From positions 384,001 through 448,000 of the forward strand of contig OY968762.1 of the NCBI GenBank assembly GCA_963695225.1: a DNA stretch of 64,000 nucleotides. Reading direction: 5' to 3'. The stretch comes from Vulcanimicrobiota bacterium (lineage in GTDB: Bacteria; Vulcanimicrobiota; Vulcanimicrobiia; Vulcanimicrobiales; Vulcanimicrobiaceae). This document shows positions 10,393-20,285 of this stretch, piece after piece (the stretch's first letter is position 1; every line of letters begins with the position of its first letter). A model generated the notes under the pieces. It did not search any database and was not told the origin of the DNA. It worked only from the letters and a program-made list of their open reading frames with translations. The translations under genes were made by a program, and so were the position numbers.

Positions 10393-10905
10393 ATGCATTC
10401 TCGTGGTGGTGGTCGCGATCGCGACAATTCGGGCTTCGAAGAGACCGTCGTTCGCATCAATCGCGTCGCGAAGGTCGTCAAAGGCGGTAAGCGCTTCAGC
10501 TTCAGCGCGCTCGTCGTCGTGGGCGACCGCAAGGGCAAAGTCGGTTTCGCGATCGGCAAGGCCGGCGAAGTCCCCGAAGCGATCCGCAAGGGCGTGGAAC
10601 AGGCCCGCAAGGCGCTCGTGACCGTGCCGATGGTCGAGAAGACCATCCCGCACGAGGTGACGGTGCAGGTCGGCGCCGGCCGCGTCTTCATGAAGCCCGC
10701 CGCGCCCGGGACGGGCGTCATCGCGGGCGGACCGATGCGCGCGGTCCTCGAACTCGCGGGCATTCACGATATCCTCACGAAGTCGCTCGGCAGCGCGAAC
10801 CCGATCAACGTGGTCTACGCGACGGTCGAAGCCCTTCGTTCGCTCAAGACGGCTGAACAAGTCGCCAAGCTCCGCGACAGAACCGTCGCCGAGCTGTTCA
10901 ACTAA
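10393..10905 (+). CDS. rpsE: 30S ribosomal protein S5
   Basis: [32 protein letters not shown]. Confidence 0.98.
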   Translation: MHSRGGGRDRDNSGFEETVVRINRVAKVVKGGKRFSFSALVVVGDRKGKVGFAIGKAGEVPEAIRKGVEQARKALVTVPMVEKTIPHEVTVQVGAGRVFMKPAAPGTGVIAGGPMRAVLELAGIHDILTKSLGSANPINVVYATVEALRSLKTAEQVAKLRDRTVAELFN

Positions 10906-10917
10906 GGACGTTTCACG

Positions 10918-11469
10918 ATGGCGGAAGCGAAGAGATCGAAGAAGAAGGCGGCGGCCGCCGGGAACGGCCTCGAGTTCACCGTGCCCGGCGTGACGCTCGC
11001 CGAGCTGCGCGAGAACAAGGGGGCTCGCCCCAAGCGCGTGCGCATCGGCCGCGGCCACGGCTCCGGCATGGTGAAGACGGGCGGCGAAGGCGGCAAGGGT
11101 CAGACCGTCCGTTCGGGCGGCGGCAAGGGGCCGGCGTTCGAAGGCGGCCAAACGCCGTGGGCGCGGCGCTTGCCGCACAAGCGCGGCTATTCGCAGAAGG
11201 GGCGCGACACCGGCCACTTCGGCGAGACGCTCGCCGTCGTCAATGTCTCGGCGCTCGCCGGCTGGGATCCGGCCGTCGAAGTCAGCCCCGAATCGCTGCT
11301 GGCGCGCAAGCTGGTTTCGGCCCTGCGCGACGGCGTGAAGATCCTAGGCGGCGTCAAGCCGGGGAAGACGCTCCCCGCGGGCCTCACGTTCCGCGACGTC
11401 GCATTCTCGGCGAGCGCTCGCGAAGCGCTGCTCGCCGCCGGCGCGGCGCTCGGCGAACCGGAAGCATAG
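10918..11469 (+). CDS. rplO: 50S ribosomal protein L15 with N-terminal extension
   Basis: [25 protein letters not shown]. Confidence 0.95.
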   Translation: MAEAKRSKKKAAAAGNGLEFTVPGVTLAELRENKGARPKRVRIGRGHGSGMVKTGGEGGKGQTVRSGGGKGPAFEGGQTPWARRLPHKRGYSQKGRDTGHFGETLAVVNVSALAGWDPAVEVSPESLLARKLVSALRDGVKILGGVKPGKTLPAGLTFRDVAFSASAREALLAAGAALGEPEA

Positions 11470-11472
11470 CGC

Positions 11473-12762
11473 TTGCTCGAGAACCTTCGCGCCGCTTTCC
11501 TCGTCCCGGACATCCGTAAGCGGATCCTGTTCGTGTTCGGCGCGTTCGCGCTGTTCGTGTTCATGATCCACGTGCAACTGCCGGGCGTGAACGAGAAGCG
11601 CTGGCAAGAACTGCTGCGCGGCGGCTCGTTCTACAACTTCCTCGGGTTCCTCTCCGGCGGCGCCCTCCAGAAGCTCTCCATCATCGCAATGGGGATCACG
11701 CCGTATATCAACGCCTCGATCATCATGCAGCTCATGACGATCGTGCTCCCGAATCTCGAGGAGCTGGCGAAGAAAGGCGGGGAGGAAGGGCGCAAGAAGA
11801 TCGGCCAGTACACGCGCTGGCTGACGATCGTGCTCGGCACGGTCCAGGCCACGTCGATGTGCGTGAACATGCAGCGTTCCGGCGTCTTCTACGATACGTC
11901 GTGGCAGTTCCTGATCTACGCGATCGTGGCGCTCGTCTCCGGGACGCTGTTCCTCATGTGGCTCGGCGAGCAGATCACGGACAAGGGCATCGGGAACGGC
12001 GTCTCGCTGATCATCTTCGTCGGCATCGTTCTGCGCTATCCCACGTACGTCGTCCAGACGATCCAGCTCGGCCAGAAGCAGGGCGTCAACTGGCTCGGCC
12101 TCATCATCTTCGCCGCGATCGCGGTGATCACGATCGTCTCGATCGTCTTCATGTACCAGGGCCAACGCCGCGTCCCGGTCCAGCAAGCGCGCCGGGTCGT
12201 CGGCCGCAAGATGTTCGCCGGGCGCTCGAGCTACATCCCGCTGCGGCTGAACAACGCCGGCGTCATCTCGATCATCTTCGCGATCTCGATCCTGCTGTTG
12301 CCGCAACAGGCGCTGTCCTGGTTCCAGCAAGGCTCCTCGGGGCCGGCCGCCAACATCGCGCTCTTCGTCAACACGTGGTTCGGGCCGAGCACGTGGCTCT
12401 ACAACCTCGTCTATTTCGTCCTGGTCGTGGTGTTCACGTACTTCTACAGCTCGGTCGTCGTCAACACGCGCGACATCGCCGACAATCTGAAGAAGAGCGG
12501 TTCGTTCATTCCGGGGATCCGCCCCGGCCAGCCGACCGTCGAGTATCTCAACAAAATCCTGTTCCGGATCACGACGGTCGCGGCGGTCTACCTCGGCCTC
12601 TTGGCGGTTCTCCCGACGCTCGCCGAACGCGGCCTCGGCATCACGACGTTCTACATCGGCTCGACTTCACTCCTAATCATCGTCGGCGTGGCCCTCGATA
12701 CGATGACGCAAATCGAGGCCCGCTTGGCGATGCGTGATTACAAGGGATTCCTGACGCGGTGA
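11473..12762 (+). CDS. secY: Preprotein translocase SecY
   Basis: GITPYINASIIMQL, WLGEQITDKGIGNGVSL, FIPGIRPG; TTG start. Confidence 0.98.
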   Translation: MLENLRAAFLVPDIRKRILFVFGAFALFVFMIHVQLPGVNEKRWQELLRGGSFYNFLGFLSGGALQKLSIIAMGITPYINASIIMQLMTIVLPNLEELAKKGGEEGRKKIGQYTRWLTIVLGTVQATSMCVNMQRSGVFYDTSWQFLIYAIVALVSGTLFLMWLGEQITDKGIGNGVSLIIFVGIVLRYPTYVVQTIQLGQKQGVNWLGLIIFAAIAVITIVSIVFMYQGQRRVPVQQARRVVGRKMFAGRSSYIPLRLNNAGVISIIFAISILLLPQQALSWFQQGSSGPAANIALFVNTWFGPSTWLYNLVYFVLVVVFTYFYSSVVVNTRDIADNLKKSGSFIPGIRPGQPTVEYLNKILFRITTVAAVYLGLLAVLPTLAERGLGITTFYIGSTSLLIIVGVALDTMTQIEARLAMRDYKGFLTR

Positions 12763-13418
12763 GCATGCGATTGGTGTTGCTCGGCCCCCCGGGCGCGGGC
12801 AAAGGGACTCAGGCCCGGATTCTCGAGGAGCGCTTCGGGGCGGTTCAGCTTTCGACGGGCGACATGCTACGCAAGCACCGGGCCGAGGGAACGCCCCTCG
12901 GCAAAGAGGCGCAATCCTACATGGACGCGGGGGCGCTCGTACCCGACGACCTGATCATCCGCATGATGGAAGGCGAGCTCGCGGAGAAGTCCTCGTTCAT
13001 CTTGGACGGCTTTCCGCGGACGGTCGCGCAGGCGCAAGCGCTCAGCGCGCTCCTCGTCAAGCTCGACCTGCCGCTGAGCGCGACGCTGCTGTTCGATGCG
13101 GACCGGGCGGAGCTCGTCGCCCGCCTGACCGGGCGCTGGACGAACCCGCGGACGGGCCGCACGTATCACACGGCGTTCAATCCGCCGAAGGTCGCCGGAA
13201 TCGACGACGAAGACGGCGGCCCGCTCGTGCAACGCCCCGACGATACGCTCGAAGTGGTCTCCAAGCGTCTCGAAACGTACGACGTGCAGACGAAACCCCT
13301 GGTCGACTACTACGCGGCGACCGGACAACTCGTTCGTATCGACGGCATGAAGTCCGTCGGCGACGTCACGCGCGACGTGCTCAAGGCGCTCGAAGCGCGC
13401 GCCGGCCAAGCGACGTGA
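12759..13418 (+). CDS. adk: Adenylate kinase
   Basis: GPPGAGKGTQ, LDGFPRT; lid lacks Zn cysteines; alternative ATG at 12765. Confidence 0.97.
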   Translation: MSMRLVLLGPPGAGKGTQARILEERFGAVQLSTGDMLRKHRAEGTPLGKEAQSYMDAGALVPDDLIIRMMEGELAEKSSFILDGFPRTVAQAQALSALLVKLDLPLSATLLFDADRAELVARLTGRWTNPRTGRTYHTAFNPPKVAGIDDEDGGPLVQRPDDTLEVVSKRLETYDVQTKPLVDYYAATGQLVRIDGMKSVGDVTRDVLKALEARAGQAT

Positions 13419-14221
13419 TTTCGATCAAGTCCGCGCGCGAGATCGAGATCATGCGGCGCGGCGGGAAGATCACGGCCAAGACGCTGACGGCGCTTATCCA
13501 GGCTGCAAAACCGGGCGTGACGACCGGCGAGCTCGACCGGCTTTCCGAAAAGATGATGCGCGAGCAGGGCGCGATCCCCACGTTCAAAGGATACGGCGGC
13601 TTCCCGGCCTCGATCTGCGCCTCCGTCAACGAAGTCGTCGTGCACGGGATTCCCGGCGAGCGCCCGTTGCGCGAGGGCGATTTGCTCTCGATCGACATCG
13701 GGGCGACGTTCGAAGGCTACGTCACGGATACGGCGATCACGATCCCGATCGGGAAGGTCTCGCCGGCCGCCGAGCGGCTCCTCCGGGTGACCCAGGAATG
13801 CCTGATGGTCGGCATCGCGATGATGCAGCGCGGGAACACGCTCGCGGACATCGCCCGGGCGGTCCAGCAGCACGCGGAGAGCCACGGGTACGGCGTCGTC
13901 CGGGATCTCGTCGGGCACGGGATCGGGACGGCCATGCACGAGGAGCCGCAGGTTCCGAACTACCTCACGCCCGCCGCGACGGGGATCAAGCTCCGCACCG
14001 GGATGTGCCTGGCGATCGAACCGATGATCACCCAGGGGACCTACGAGGTCCGCACGCTCGACGACGGCTGGACAGTCGTCACTGCGGATGGTAAACTCGC
14101 AGCGCACTTCGAGCACACCGTGGCTCTCACCGATGACGGCCCGAGGATCCTGACCCTGCGCCCGATCCTGGAGCACGGCGACGTCGAACAGTTCCGTCCG
14201 AAAGAAGAGAAGGCGGCATGA
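13415..14221 (+). CDS. map: Methionine aminopeptidase type I
   Basis: [33 protein letters not shown]. Confidence 0.97.
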   Translation: MISIKSAREIEIMRRGGKITAKTLTALIQAAKPGVTTGELDRLSEKMMREQGAIPTFKGYGGFPASICASVNEVVVHGIPGERPLREGDLLSIDIGATFEGYVTDTAITIPIGKVSPAAERLLRVTQECLMVGIAMMQRGNTLADIARAVQQHAESHGYGVVRDLVGHGIGTAMHEEPQVPNYLTPAATGIKLRTGMCLAIEPMITQGTYEVRTLDDGWTVVTADGKLAAHFEHTVALTDDGPRILTLRPILEHGDVEQFRPKEEKAA

Positions 14222-14237
14222 TCGGGGTGCGTCATTA

Positions 14238-14531
14238 ATGGCGCGCAAGCGTCGGGGTGGGCAGCGTCCCGAGCGCCGGGGAAGACCGGACGCGCGGGCC
14301 GATGCGGGCGCCACGCCGAAAGAAGAAGCGATCGAAGTCGAGGGGACGATCGTCGAGCCGCTCCCGAACGCGATGTTTCGCGTGGAGCTACCCGGCGGAC
14401 ACCGAGTCCTCGCGCACGTGAGCGGGAAGATTCGAATGAACTTCATCCGCATACTCCCCGGCGACCGCGTCCTGATCGAACTCTCCCCGTACGATCTCAC
14501 CCACGGTCGAATCACCTACCGATACAAGTAA
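14238..14531 (+). CDS. infA: Translation initiation factor IF-1 with Arg-rich N-terminal extension
   Basis: KEEAIEVEG...[10 protein letters not shown]...[15 protein letters not shown]...SPYDL. Confidence 0.96.
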   Translation: MARKRRGGQRPERRGRPDARADAGATPKEEAIEVEGTIVEPLPNAMFRVELPGGHRVLAHVSGKIRMNFIRILPGDRVLIELSPYDLTHGRITYRYK

Positions 14532-14594
14532 TAACTCCGGTGCCCTCGGCACCTCGGCGCCTGTGGTACGAAGGCAAAGGTAAGAGAAAGTAAG

Positions 14595-14711
14595 ATGAAA
14601 GTCAGACCCTCCGTCAAGCGAATCTGCGAAAAGTGCATCATCATCCGGCGGCACGGCAAAGTCCGCGTGATCTGCGAAACGAACCCCAAGCATAAGCAGG
14701 TGCAGGGCTGA
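14595..14711 (+). CDS. rpmJ: 50S ribosomal protein L36
   Basis: Not in the ORF track; [38 protein letters not shown]. Confidence 0.96.
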   Translation: MKVRPSVKRICEKCIIIRRHGKVRVICETNPKHKQVQG

Positions 14712-15094
14712 TGGCGCGTATTGCCGGCATCGATCTCCCGCGCGAGAAGCGGATCGAGATCGCGCTGACCTATATCTTCGGGATCGGCCTGCCGACCTCG
14801 CAAAAACTGCTTGCGGCGACCGGGATCGATCCGAGCACGCGGGTCAAGAATCTCTCCGAAGAGGATGAGAAGAAGATTCGCGACGCGATCGACGGCCAGA
14901 TCAAGGTCGAGGGCGATCTGCGCCGCGAGGTCGCGGGGCACATCAAGCGTCTGACCGACATCGGCTGCTATCGCGGCCTGCGCCACCGCCGGGGCCTCCC
15001 CGTCCGCGGCCAGCGGACGAAAACGAACGCCCGCACGCGCAAGGGTCCCAAGAAGACCGTCGGCGCCAAGAAGAAGGCCGTAGCCAAGAAGTAG
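14711..15094 (+). CDS. rpsM: 30S ribosomal protein S13
   Basis: [36 protein letters not shown]. Confidence 0.98.
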   Translation: MARIAGIDLPREKRIEIALTYIFGIGLPTSQKLLAATGIDPSTRVKNLSEEDEKKIRDAIDGQIKVEGDLRREVAGHIKRLTDIGCYRGLRHRRGLPVRGQRTKTNARTRKGPKKTVGAKKKAVAKK

Positions 15095-15128
15095 CCCGTT
15101 GGGCCGGCGCCTTCCGGTTTCACCCGAG

Positions 15129-15160
15129 GCCGGCGGAACGTTTCCGCCGGCTTTCGTGTT
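15129..15160 (+). terminator. Probable intrinsic terminator after rpsM
   Basis: gccggcggaa-cgt-ttccgccggc followed by tttcgtgtt. Confidence 0.65.
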
Positions 15161-15183
15161 CTATCTTCGGGAGGATGACCAGC

Positions 15184-15399
15184 ATGGCAAAACGTCGCAA
15201 ACAAGGCGCCAAGCCGGCGGCGCCCCTCGTACCGCCGCTCGGGCCGCCCGTGAACCTGCGCCCGGCCGGCCCGCACGCCGACAAACGCCGCCTGTCGCGC
15301 TCCAAAGCAAAGGCCGCCCTACTAAAGGCGGCCTTTGACACGCCCCCGGCGCCCGTCATCCCAAGCCCCCAACTCGCCGAAGAATTCGCGCGCAGGTAG
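15184..15399 (+). CDS. Small basic hypothetical protein (71 aa); candidate ArfA/BrfA-like rescue factor
   Basis: GGAGG RBS ~9 nt upstream; K/R-rich; internal 11-bp hairpin at 15308-15337. Confidence 0.6.
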   Translation: MAKRRKQGAKPAAPLVPPLGPPVNLRPAGPHADKRRLSRSKAKAALLKAAFDTPPAPVIPSPQLAEEFARR

Positions 15400-15549
15400 C
15401 GTCCGGGGTGGGGCTGCGTTCCCCCGCGGGGAGTACAGCTTGCCCGCGGAGCCAGGAGGGCGGGAGCGGGCAAGTGGACTAGCAACGATTTCGCATGGAT
15501 GCGAAATCGCGGGCGTCCCCGCGGGGGAACGCAGCCCCGCCCCGGACGC
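15396..15549 (+). repeat. GTAG-anchored structured repeat, copy A
   Basis: GTAG, long terminal stem, internal cgatttcgca-tgga-tgcgaaatcg hairpin; homologous to 29584-29738 and 41307-41500. Confidence 0.88.
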
Positions 15550-15603
15550 GGGGCACGCGGGGCACGCGGGGCACGCGGGCATGGCGGCGGGCCGAGAAAA
15601 GCC

Positions 15604-15633
15604 TTGACCGCCGTCCCTCGTCTCCGGTAGAAT
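15604..15633 (+). promoter_or_regulatory. Sigma70-type promoter for rpsK-rpsD-rpoA-rplQ
   Basis: TTGACC-N18-TAGAAT. Confidence 0.65.
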
Positions 15634-15795
15634 CGGGTGTTGGCTGTCGCAGGCAGCCCGGCGCTTCGTGTGCCCCGGACGTCTCGCCGAGCGTTCGCGA
15701 ACTCAAGATCGGCTCGCTTTCGAGCGAGGCCGGCCGAGGCGACGACACCCCGGGCTCGTCTTGCGCGGGGCAAGATAAACATCGGAGAGATACGT

Positions 15796-16191
15796 TTGGC
15801 TGCCAAGAAGCAAACCAAGACGCGGAAGAAACGCGAGTTCAAGAACGTCGGGTCGGGCGTCGCTCACGTGCACTCGTCGTTCAACAACACGATCGTGACG
15901 ATCACGGATAACCAGGGCTCGACGATCGCCTGGGCCTCCGCCGGGAATCTCGGCTTCAAGGGCTCGAAGAAGTCGACCCCGTTCGCCGCGCAGATGGCTG
16001 CCGAGTCGGTAGCGCGCAAAGCGATGGAGCACGGCATGAAGTCGGCCGAGGTCTACGTGAAGGGCCCCGGCGCCGGCCGCGAAGCGGCGATCCGCTCGCT
16101 CCAGGCCGCCGGCCTCGAAATCACGCTCATCAAAGACGTCACGCCCATCCCGCACAACGGCTGCCGGCCGCCGAAACGGCGCCGGGTGTAG
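15796..16191 (+). CDS. rpsK: 30S ribosomal protein S11
   Basis: [40 protein letters not shown] start after GGAGAG. Confidence 0.96.
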   Translation: MAAKKQTKTRKKREFKNVGSGVAHVHSSFNNTIVTITDNQGSTIAWASAGNLGFKGSKKSTPFAAQMAAESVARKAMEHGMKSAEVYVKGPGAGREAAIRSLQAAGLEITLIKDVTPIPHNGCRPPKRRRV

Positions 16192-16209
16192 GGAGGTTGT
16201 AGGAAAAGC

Positions 16210-16869
16210 ATGTCACGTTACACCGGACCCGTCTGCCGCCTGTGCCGCCGCGAAACCGCGACGAGCAAGACCGGCGAGAAGATCAAGCTCTTCCTCAAGG
16301 GCGATCGCTGCCTCACGAAAAAGTGCGCGGTCGAACGCCGCGGCACGGCCCCGGGTCAGAAGACGCAGGGGAAGCCCTCGCGCCAGAAGATCTCGGAATA
16401 CGGCCGCCAGCTTCGCGAAAAGCAGAAGATGCGCCGCTACTACGGCGTCGTCGAAGCGCAGTTCGAGAACTACTTCCGCGAAGCGGCGCGCGTCCCGGGT
16501 CAAACCGGCAAGACGTTCCTGCAGTTGCTGGAGCGCCGCCTCGATAACGTCGTCTACCGCCTCAACCTCGCCTCGAGCCGCGCGCAGGCGCGCCAACTCG
16601 TCACGCACCGCCACTTCCGCGTGAACGGCCGGATCGTCAACGTGCCGTCGTTCATCGTGAAAGCCGGCGACGTGCTCACGATCGGCGAGCGCAGTCAGAA
16701 ATCGCCGTTGCTGCAGAGCAACATCGAGCTGGCGAAGAATCGCCGGCATCCGGAGTGGCTCGATTTCAACGAGCAGGATCTCGCCGCCAAGGTGCTCGCG
16801 CTCCCCAGCCGGGAGCAGATCGACACCCCGGTCGACGAACAGCTCATCGTCGAATACTACTCGAGATAG
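16210..16869 (+). CDS. rpsD: 30S ribosomal protein S4 (Zn-binding type)
   Basis: [32 protein letters not shown]. Confidence 0.98.
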   Translation: MSRYTGPVCRLCRRETATSKTGEKIKLFLKGDRCLTKKCAVERRGTAPGQKTQGKPSRQKISEYGRQLREKQKMRRYYGVVEAQFENYFREAARVPGQTGKTFLQLLERRLDNVVYRLNLASSRAQARQLVTHRHFRVNGRIVNVPSFIVKAGDVLTIGERSQKSPLLQSNIELAKNRRHPEWLDFNEQDLAAKVLALPSREQIDTPVDEQLIVEYYSR

Positions 16870-16966
16870 CATCTAACCACCACGAAGCTGCCGTTAGGCG
16901 TACGATCGTGGCTCGCGGGTGCGGGCTGCGGATAACGTAAGCGGCGATAAGGATCGAATAGAGACC

Positions 16967-17893
16967 ATGACCGTTCTGGATATGCCGCAAGGCGCAACGA
17001 TCGAAGTTCGCGAGCGCCGCGACAACTACGCGAAATTCGTCTGCGAGCCGCTCGAACGCGGTTTCGGGATCACGCTCGGCAACGCGCTTCGCCGCGCGCT
17101 GCTCTCAGCGATCCCCGGCACCGCCGTCACGTACGTGAAGATCGAAGGCGTGCTGCACGAGTTCTCTACGATCCCGGGCGTCGTCGAAGACGTCACGAAC
17201 CTGCTGTTGAACCTCAAAGGCCTGGCCCTGAAGCTGAACAGCGACGATCCGAAGGTCCTTTCCTTGAACGTCAGCGGCGCGCGCGAAGTGACCGCCGCCG
17301 ACATCACGCCCGATGCCGACGTCGAGATCCTGCAGCCCGATTACCACGTCGCGACGCTGACCGGGAAATCGGCCAAGCTCTCGATGGAACTCGGCATCGA
17401 GAAGTATCGCGGCTACGTGACCGCGGACCGGCAGCGTAACATCGAGCACATGATCGGCCTGATCCCGCTCGATTCGATCTTCTCGCCCATCCGCAAGGTG
17501 AACTTCACGGTCGACGATACGCGCGTCGGCCAGAACGTCGATTTCGACCGCCTCACGCTGGAGCTGGAAACGAACGGCGCGATCTCTCCGGACGACGCGC
17601 TCGCGACCGCCGCGCAGATCCTGCAGGAGCAGCTCGACTTGTTCGCCGGCTTCACGACGGAAGAGAAGGTGCCCGTCGCTCCGCAGCAGAGCGAGTGGGA
17701 CGTTCCCGTCGAGACGCTCAACCTGTCCGTTCGTTCGTTCAACTGCCTCAAGCGCGCCGGAATCTCGAAGGTTTCGGAGTTGCTCGACCTGTCCGAAGAC
17801 GAGATCATCAAGATGCGGAACTTCGGCAAGAAATCGCTCGACGAGATCAAGCAAGTTCTGGGAGAGAGGGGATTGTCGCTGCGCCAAGCGTAG
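16967..17893 (+). CDS. rpoA: RNA polymerase subunit alpha
   Basis: EPLERGFGITLGNALRR, LSVRSFNCLKRAGI, RNFGKKSL. Confidence 0.97.
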   Translation: MTVLDMPQGATIEVRERRDNYAKFVCEPLERGFGITLGNALRRALLSAIPGTAVTYVKIEGVLHEFSTIPGVVEDVTNLLLNLKGLALKLNSDDPKVLSLNVSGAREVTAADITPDADVEILQPDYHVATLTGKSAKLSMELGIEKYRGYVTADRQRNIEHMIGLIPLDSIFSPIRKVNFTVDDTRVGQNVDFDRLTLELETNGAISPDDALATAAQILQEQLDLFAGFTTEEKVPVAPQQSEWDVPVETLNLSVRSFNCLKRAGISKVSELLDLSEDEIIKMRNFGKKSLDEIKQVLGERGLSLRQA

Positions 17894-17906
17894 CGCCGAA
17901 GTCAAC

Positions 17907-18260
17907 ATGCCGCACCAAATCGCCAAGAAACGCCTTTCCCGCACGGACGGGCACCGTAAAGCGCTGCTGCGCAATCTCGCGACGTCGTTTTTCAAGCACG
18001 AGAAGATCGAGACGACGACCACGAAGGCCAAGGAGATCAGCAAGGTCGTGGAGCGTCTGATCACGACCGCGCGCCGCGGAGATCTGCACTCTCGCCGCCA
18101 GGTGGCCGAGTATCTGCTGGAGCCGGCCGTCGTCCAGAAGCTCTGCAATCAGATCGCGCCCGCCCTGAAGGACCGCACCGGAGGGTACACGCGGATCTCC
18201 AAGACCCGCGTGCGCCAGGGCGACGCCGCGGAACTCTCGCTCCTCGAACTGGTCAAGTAG
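17907..18260 (+). CDS. rplQ: 50S ribosomal protein L17
   Basis: HRKALLRNLA, IETTTTKAKE, RTGGYTRI. Confidence 0.97.
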   Translation: MPHQIAKKRLSRTDGHRKALLRNLATSFFKHEKIETTTTKAKEISKVVERLITTARRGDLHSRRQVAEYLLEPAVVQKLCNQIAPALKDRTGGYTRISKTRVRQGDAAELSLLELVK

Positions 18261-18324
18261 CCGTTTTCGGCCGTTAGGGGGCGAGGCGCGCGGCGCGTCC
18301 CCCTCGAACGCTCCAACTCTACCT

Positions 18325-19689
18325 ATGATCGCCTCGTCCGAACGCATCCAACTCCACGCGGTGACACGCGAGCTCGTCGCGGATACGCTGACGCCGATCT
18401 CGGCCTACCTCGCCCTGGCGACGCCGGGGCGTTCGTGTTTGCTGGAGTCCGTCGAGGGGACGGACCGCATCTCGCGTTTCTCGTTCATCGGCTTGGACTA
18501 CCTCGAGTCCGCCGTCATCGACGACGATCCGCAGATCCTCGAGCGCATCCGCGCGCTCATCGGCCGCTACGGCGTCGATCGCTCGCACTTGCCGTTCCCC
18601 GGGGGGGCGGTCTGCACGTTCAGTTACGATGCGGCGCGCGTGCTCGAGTCGATCGGACCGAAGCCCCCGAGCGACGTCGAGTTCGCCGATGCGTACGTCG
18701 TCATTCCGGGGACCTGGGTCGTCTTCGACCATTTCACGCACCGGCTGACCCTGATCGGATTCGCGCGCGACGCGAACGAACGCCGCGACGTCGAGGCGCG
18801 AATCGATCGCTACATCTCTCGGCTCTTGGATTTCCGGCCGACGATCCCCGGCGCCGTGCGCGCGCGCGACGGCGTGCGCGCCTCGTTCGACGAGGCGACG
18901 TTCCTCGCGAAGGTCGCGGACGCGAAGCGCTCGATCTACGAAGGCGATGCGTACCAGTTGCAACTCGGCGTGCGCTTCTCGTGCGAGTTCGAGGGGACGC
19001 CGTTCGACTTCTATCGCCAGATTCGCTCGCGCAATCCCTCTCCGTACATGTTCTTCATCGAGATCGACGGCCGCGCCGTCTTCGGAGCGAGCCCCGAGTT
19101 CCTCGTCCGGCTCGACGGGCGCACGGCGCGCATCCGGCCGCTCGCCGGGACGCGCGCTCGCGGCGCCGACGCCGATGCCGACGCGCGCATCGCCGACGAG
19201 CTCCTCGCGAACGAAAAGGAGCGCGCCGAGCACGTGATGCTCGTCGATCTCGGCCGCAACGATCTCGGAGCCGTCTGCGCGACGGGGACGGTTCGCGTCG
19301 ACGAGCTGATGAAGATCGAGCGTTATAGCCACGTGATGCACATCGTTTCGAACGTCGTCGGGGAACTGCGCCCCGAGAAAGACGCGCTCGATCTCTTCGC
19401 CGCGGCCTTCCCCGCCGGGACGGTGACGGGGACGCCGAAGATTCGCGCCATGCAATGGATCGACGCGCTCGAGCCGGTCGCGCGCGGCTTCTACGCCGGC
19501 AGCGTCGCGCACATCGATTTCGACGGCGACATGGATTCGTGCATCACGCTGCGCAGCGTCGCGACCGCGGGCGGCCGCGCGTATTGGCAAGCGTCGGCCG
19601 GCATCGTCGCGGATAGCGAGCCGCAAGCGGAGTACGCGGAAGTCTTCCACAAGACGCGCATCGTGCGCGACGTGTTGGGGCTTCCCTGA
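18325..19689 (+). CDS. trpE: Anthranilate synthase component I
   Basis: LLESVEG, NPSPYMF, EHVMLVDLGRND, FPAGTVTGTPK. Confidence 0.95.
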   Translation: MIASSERIQLHAVTRELVADTLTPISAYLALATPGRSCLLESVEGTDRISRFSFIGLDYLESAVIDDDPQILERIRALIGRYGVDRSHLPFPGGAVCTFSYDAARVLESIGPKPPSDVEFADAYVVIPGTWVVFDHFTHRLTLIGFARDANERRDVEARIDRYISRLLDFRPTIPGAVRARDGVRASFDEATFLAKVADAKRSIYEGDAYQLQLGVRFSCEFEGTPFDFYRQIRSRNPSPYMFFIEIDGRAVFGASPEFLVRLDGRTARIRPLAGTRARGADADADARIADELLANEKERAEHVMLVDLGRNDLGAVCATGTVRVDELMKIERYSHVMHIVSNVVGELRPEKDALDLFAAAFPAGTVTGTPKIRAMQWIDALEPVARGFYAGSVAHIDFDGDMDSCITLRSVATAGGRAYWQASAGIVADSEPQAEYAEVFHKTRIVRDVLGLP

Positions 19690-20285
19690 TGTCCGCGGCC
19701 CGCATCCTGCTCGTCGATAACTACGACTCGTTCACGTACAACCTGGCACACCTGTTCGGCTCGCTGGGAGCCGAGGTCGCGGTCGTGAGGAACGACGCTC
19801 CGGGGCTCGATCCGGCGGGCCTCGAGCGCTACGACGGCATCGTGATCGGCCCGGGCCCGGGGCGCCCGCGCGAGGCGGGCAAAACGATGGCGATCATCGA
19901 GGCGGCGGCCCGCGAGCGGCGTCCGCTGTTCGGTGTCTGCCTCGGCCAGCAGGCGATCGGCGATTTCTTCGGCGGGCGCGTCGACTACGCGCCCTCGCTG
20001 ATGCACGGGAAGACCTCGCAGATCACGCACGACGGCAGCGGCGTCTTCGCGGGGATTCCGTCGCCGATCGTCGCGACGCGGTACCACTCGCTGTGCGTCT
20101 CGCATCTCGACTTCCCGGCGGAACTGCGCGCGAACGCAACGAGCGAGGATGCGGTGATCCAAGGCGTCGCGCACCGGGCGCTGCCGATCCACGGCGTGCA
20201 GTTTCATCCCGAATCCGTGCTGACCTCGCACGGGCGCGAGATCTTCGAGAACTTCTTGACGCTGGCGGCCACGGTACCGCGATGA
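19689..20285 (+). CDS. trpG: Anthranilate synthase component II (glutamine amidotransferase)
   Basis: DNYDSFTYNL, GVCLGQQ, GVQFHPES. Confidence 0.95.
   Translation: MSAARILLVDNYDSFTYNLAHLFGSLGAEVAVVRNDAPGLDPAGLERYDGIVIGPGPGRPREAGKTMAIIEAAARERRPLFGVCLGQQAIGDFFGGRVDYAPSLMHGKTSQITHDGSGVFAGIPSPIVATRYHSLCVSHLDFPAELRANATSEDAVIQGVAHRALPIHGVQFHPESVLTSHGREIFENFLTLAATVPR

Noticed and set aside
15547..15580. 9-bp tandem repeat (cgcggggca) x3
   Set aside because: Likely slippage at the edge of the repeat element; no functional evidence.
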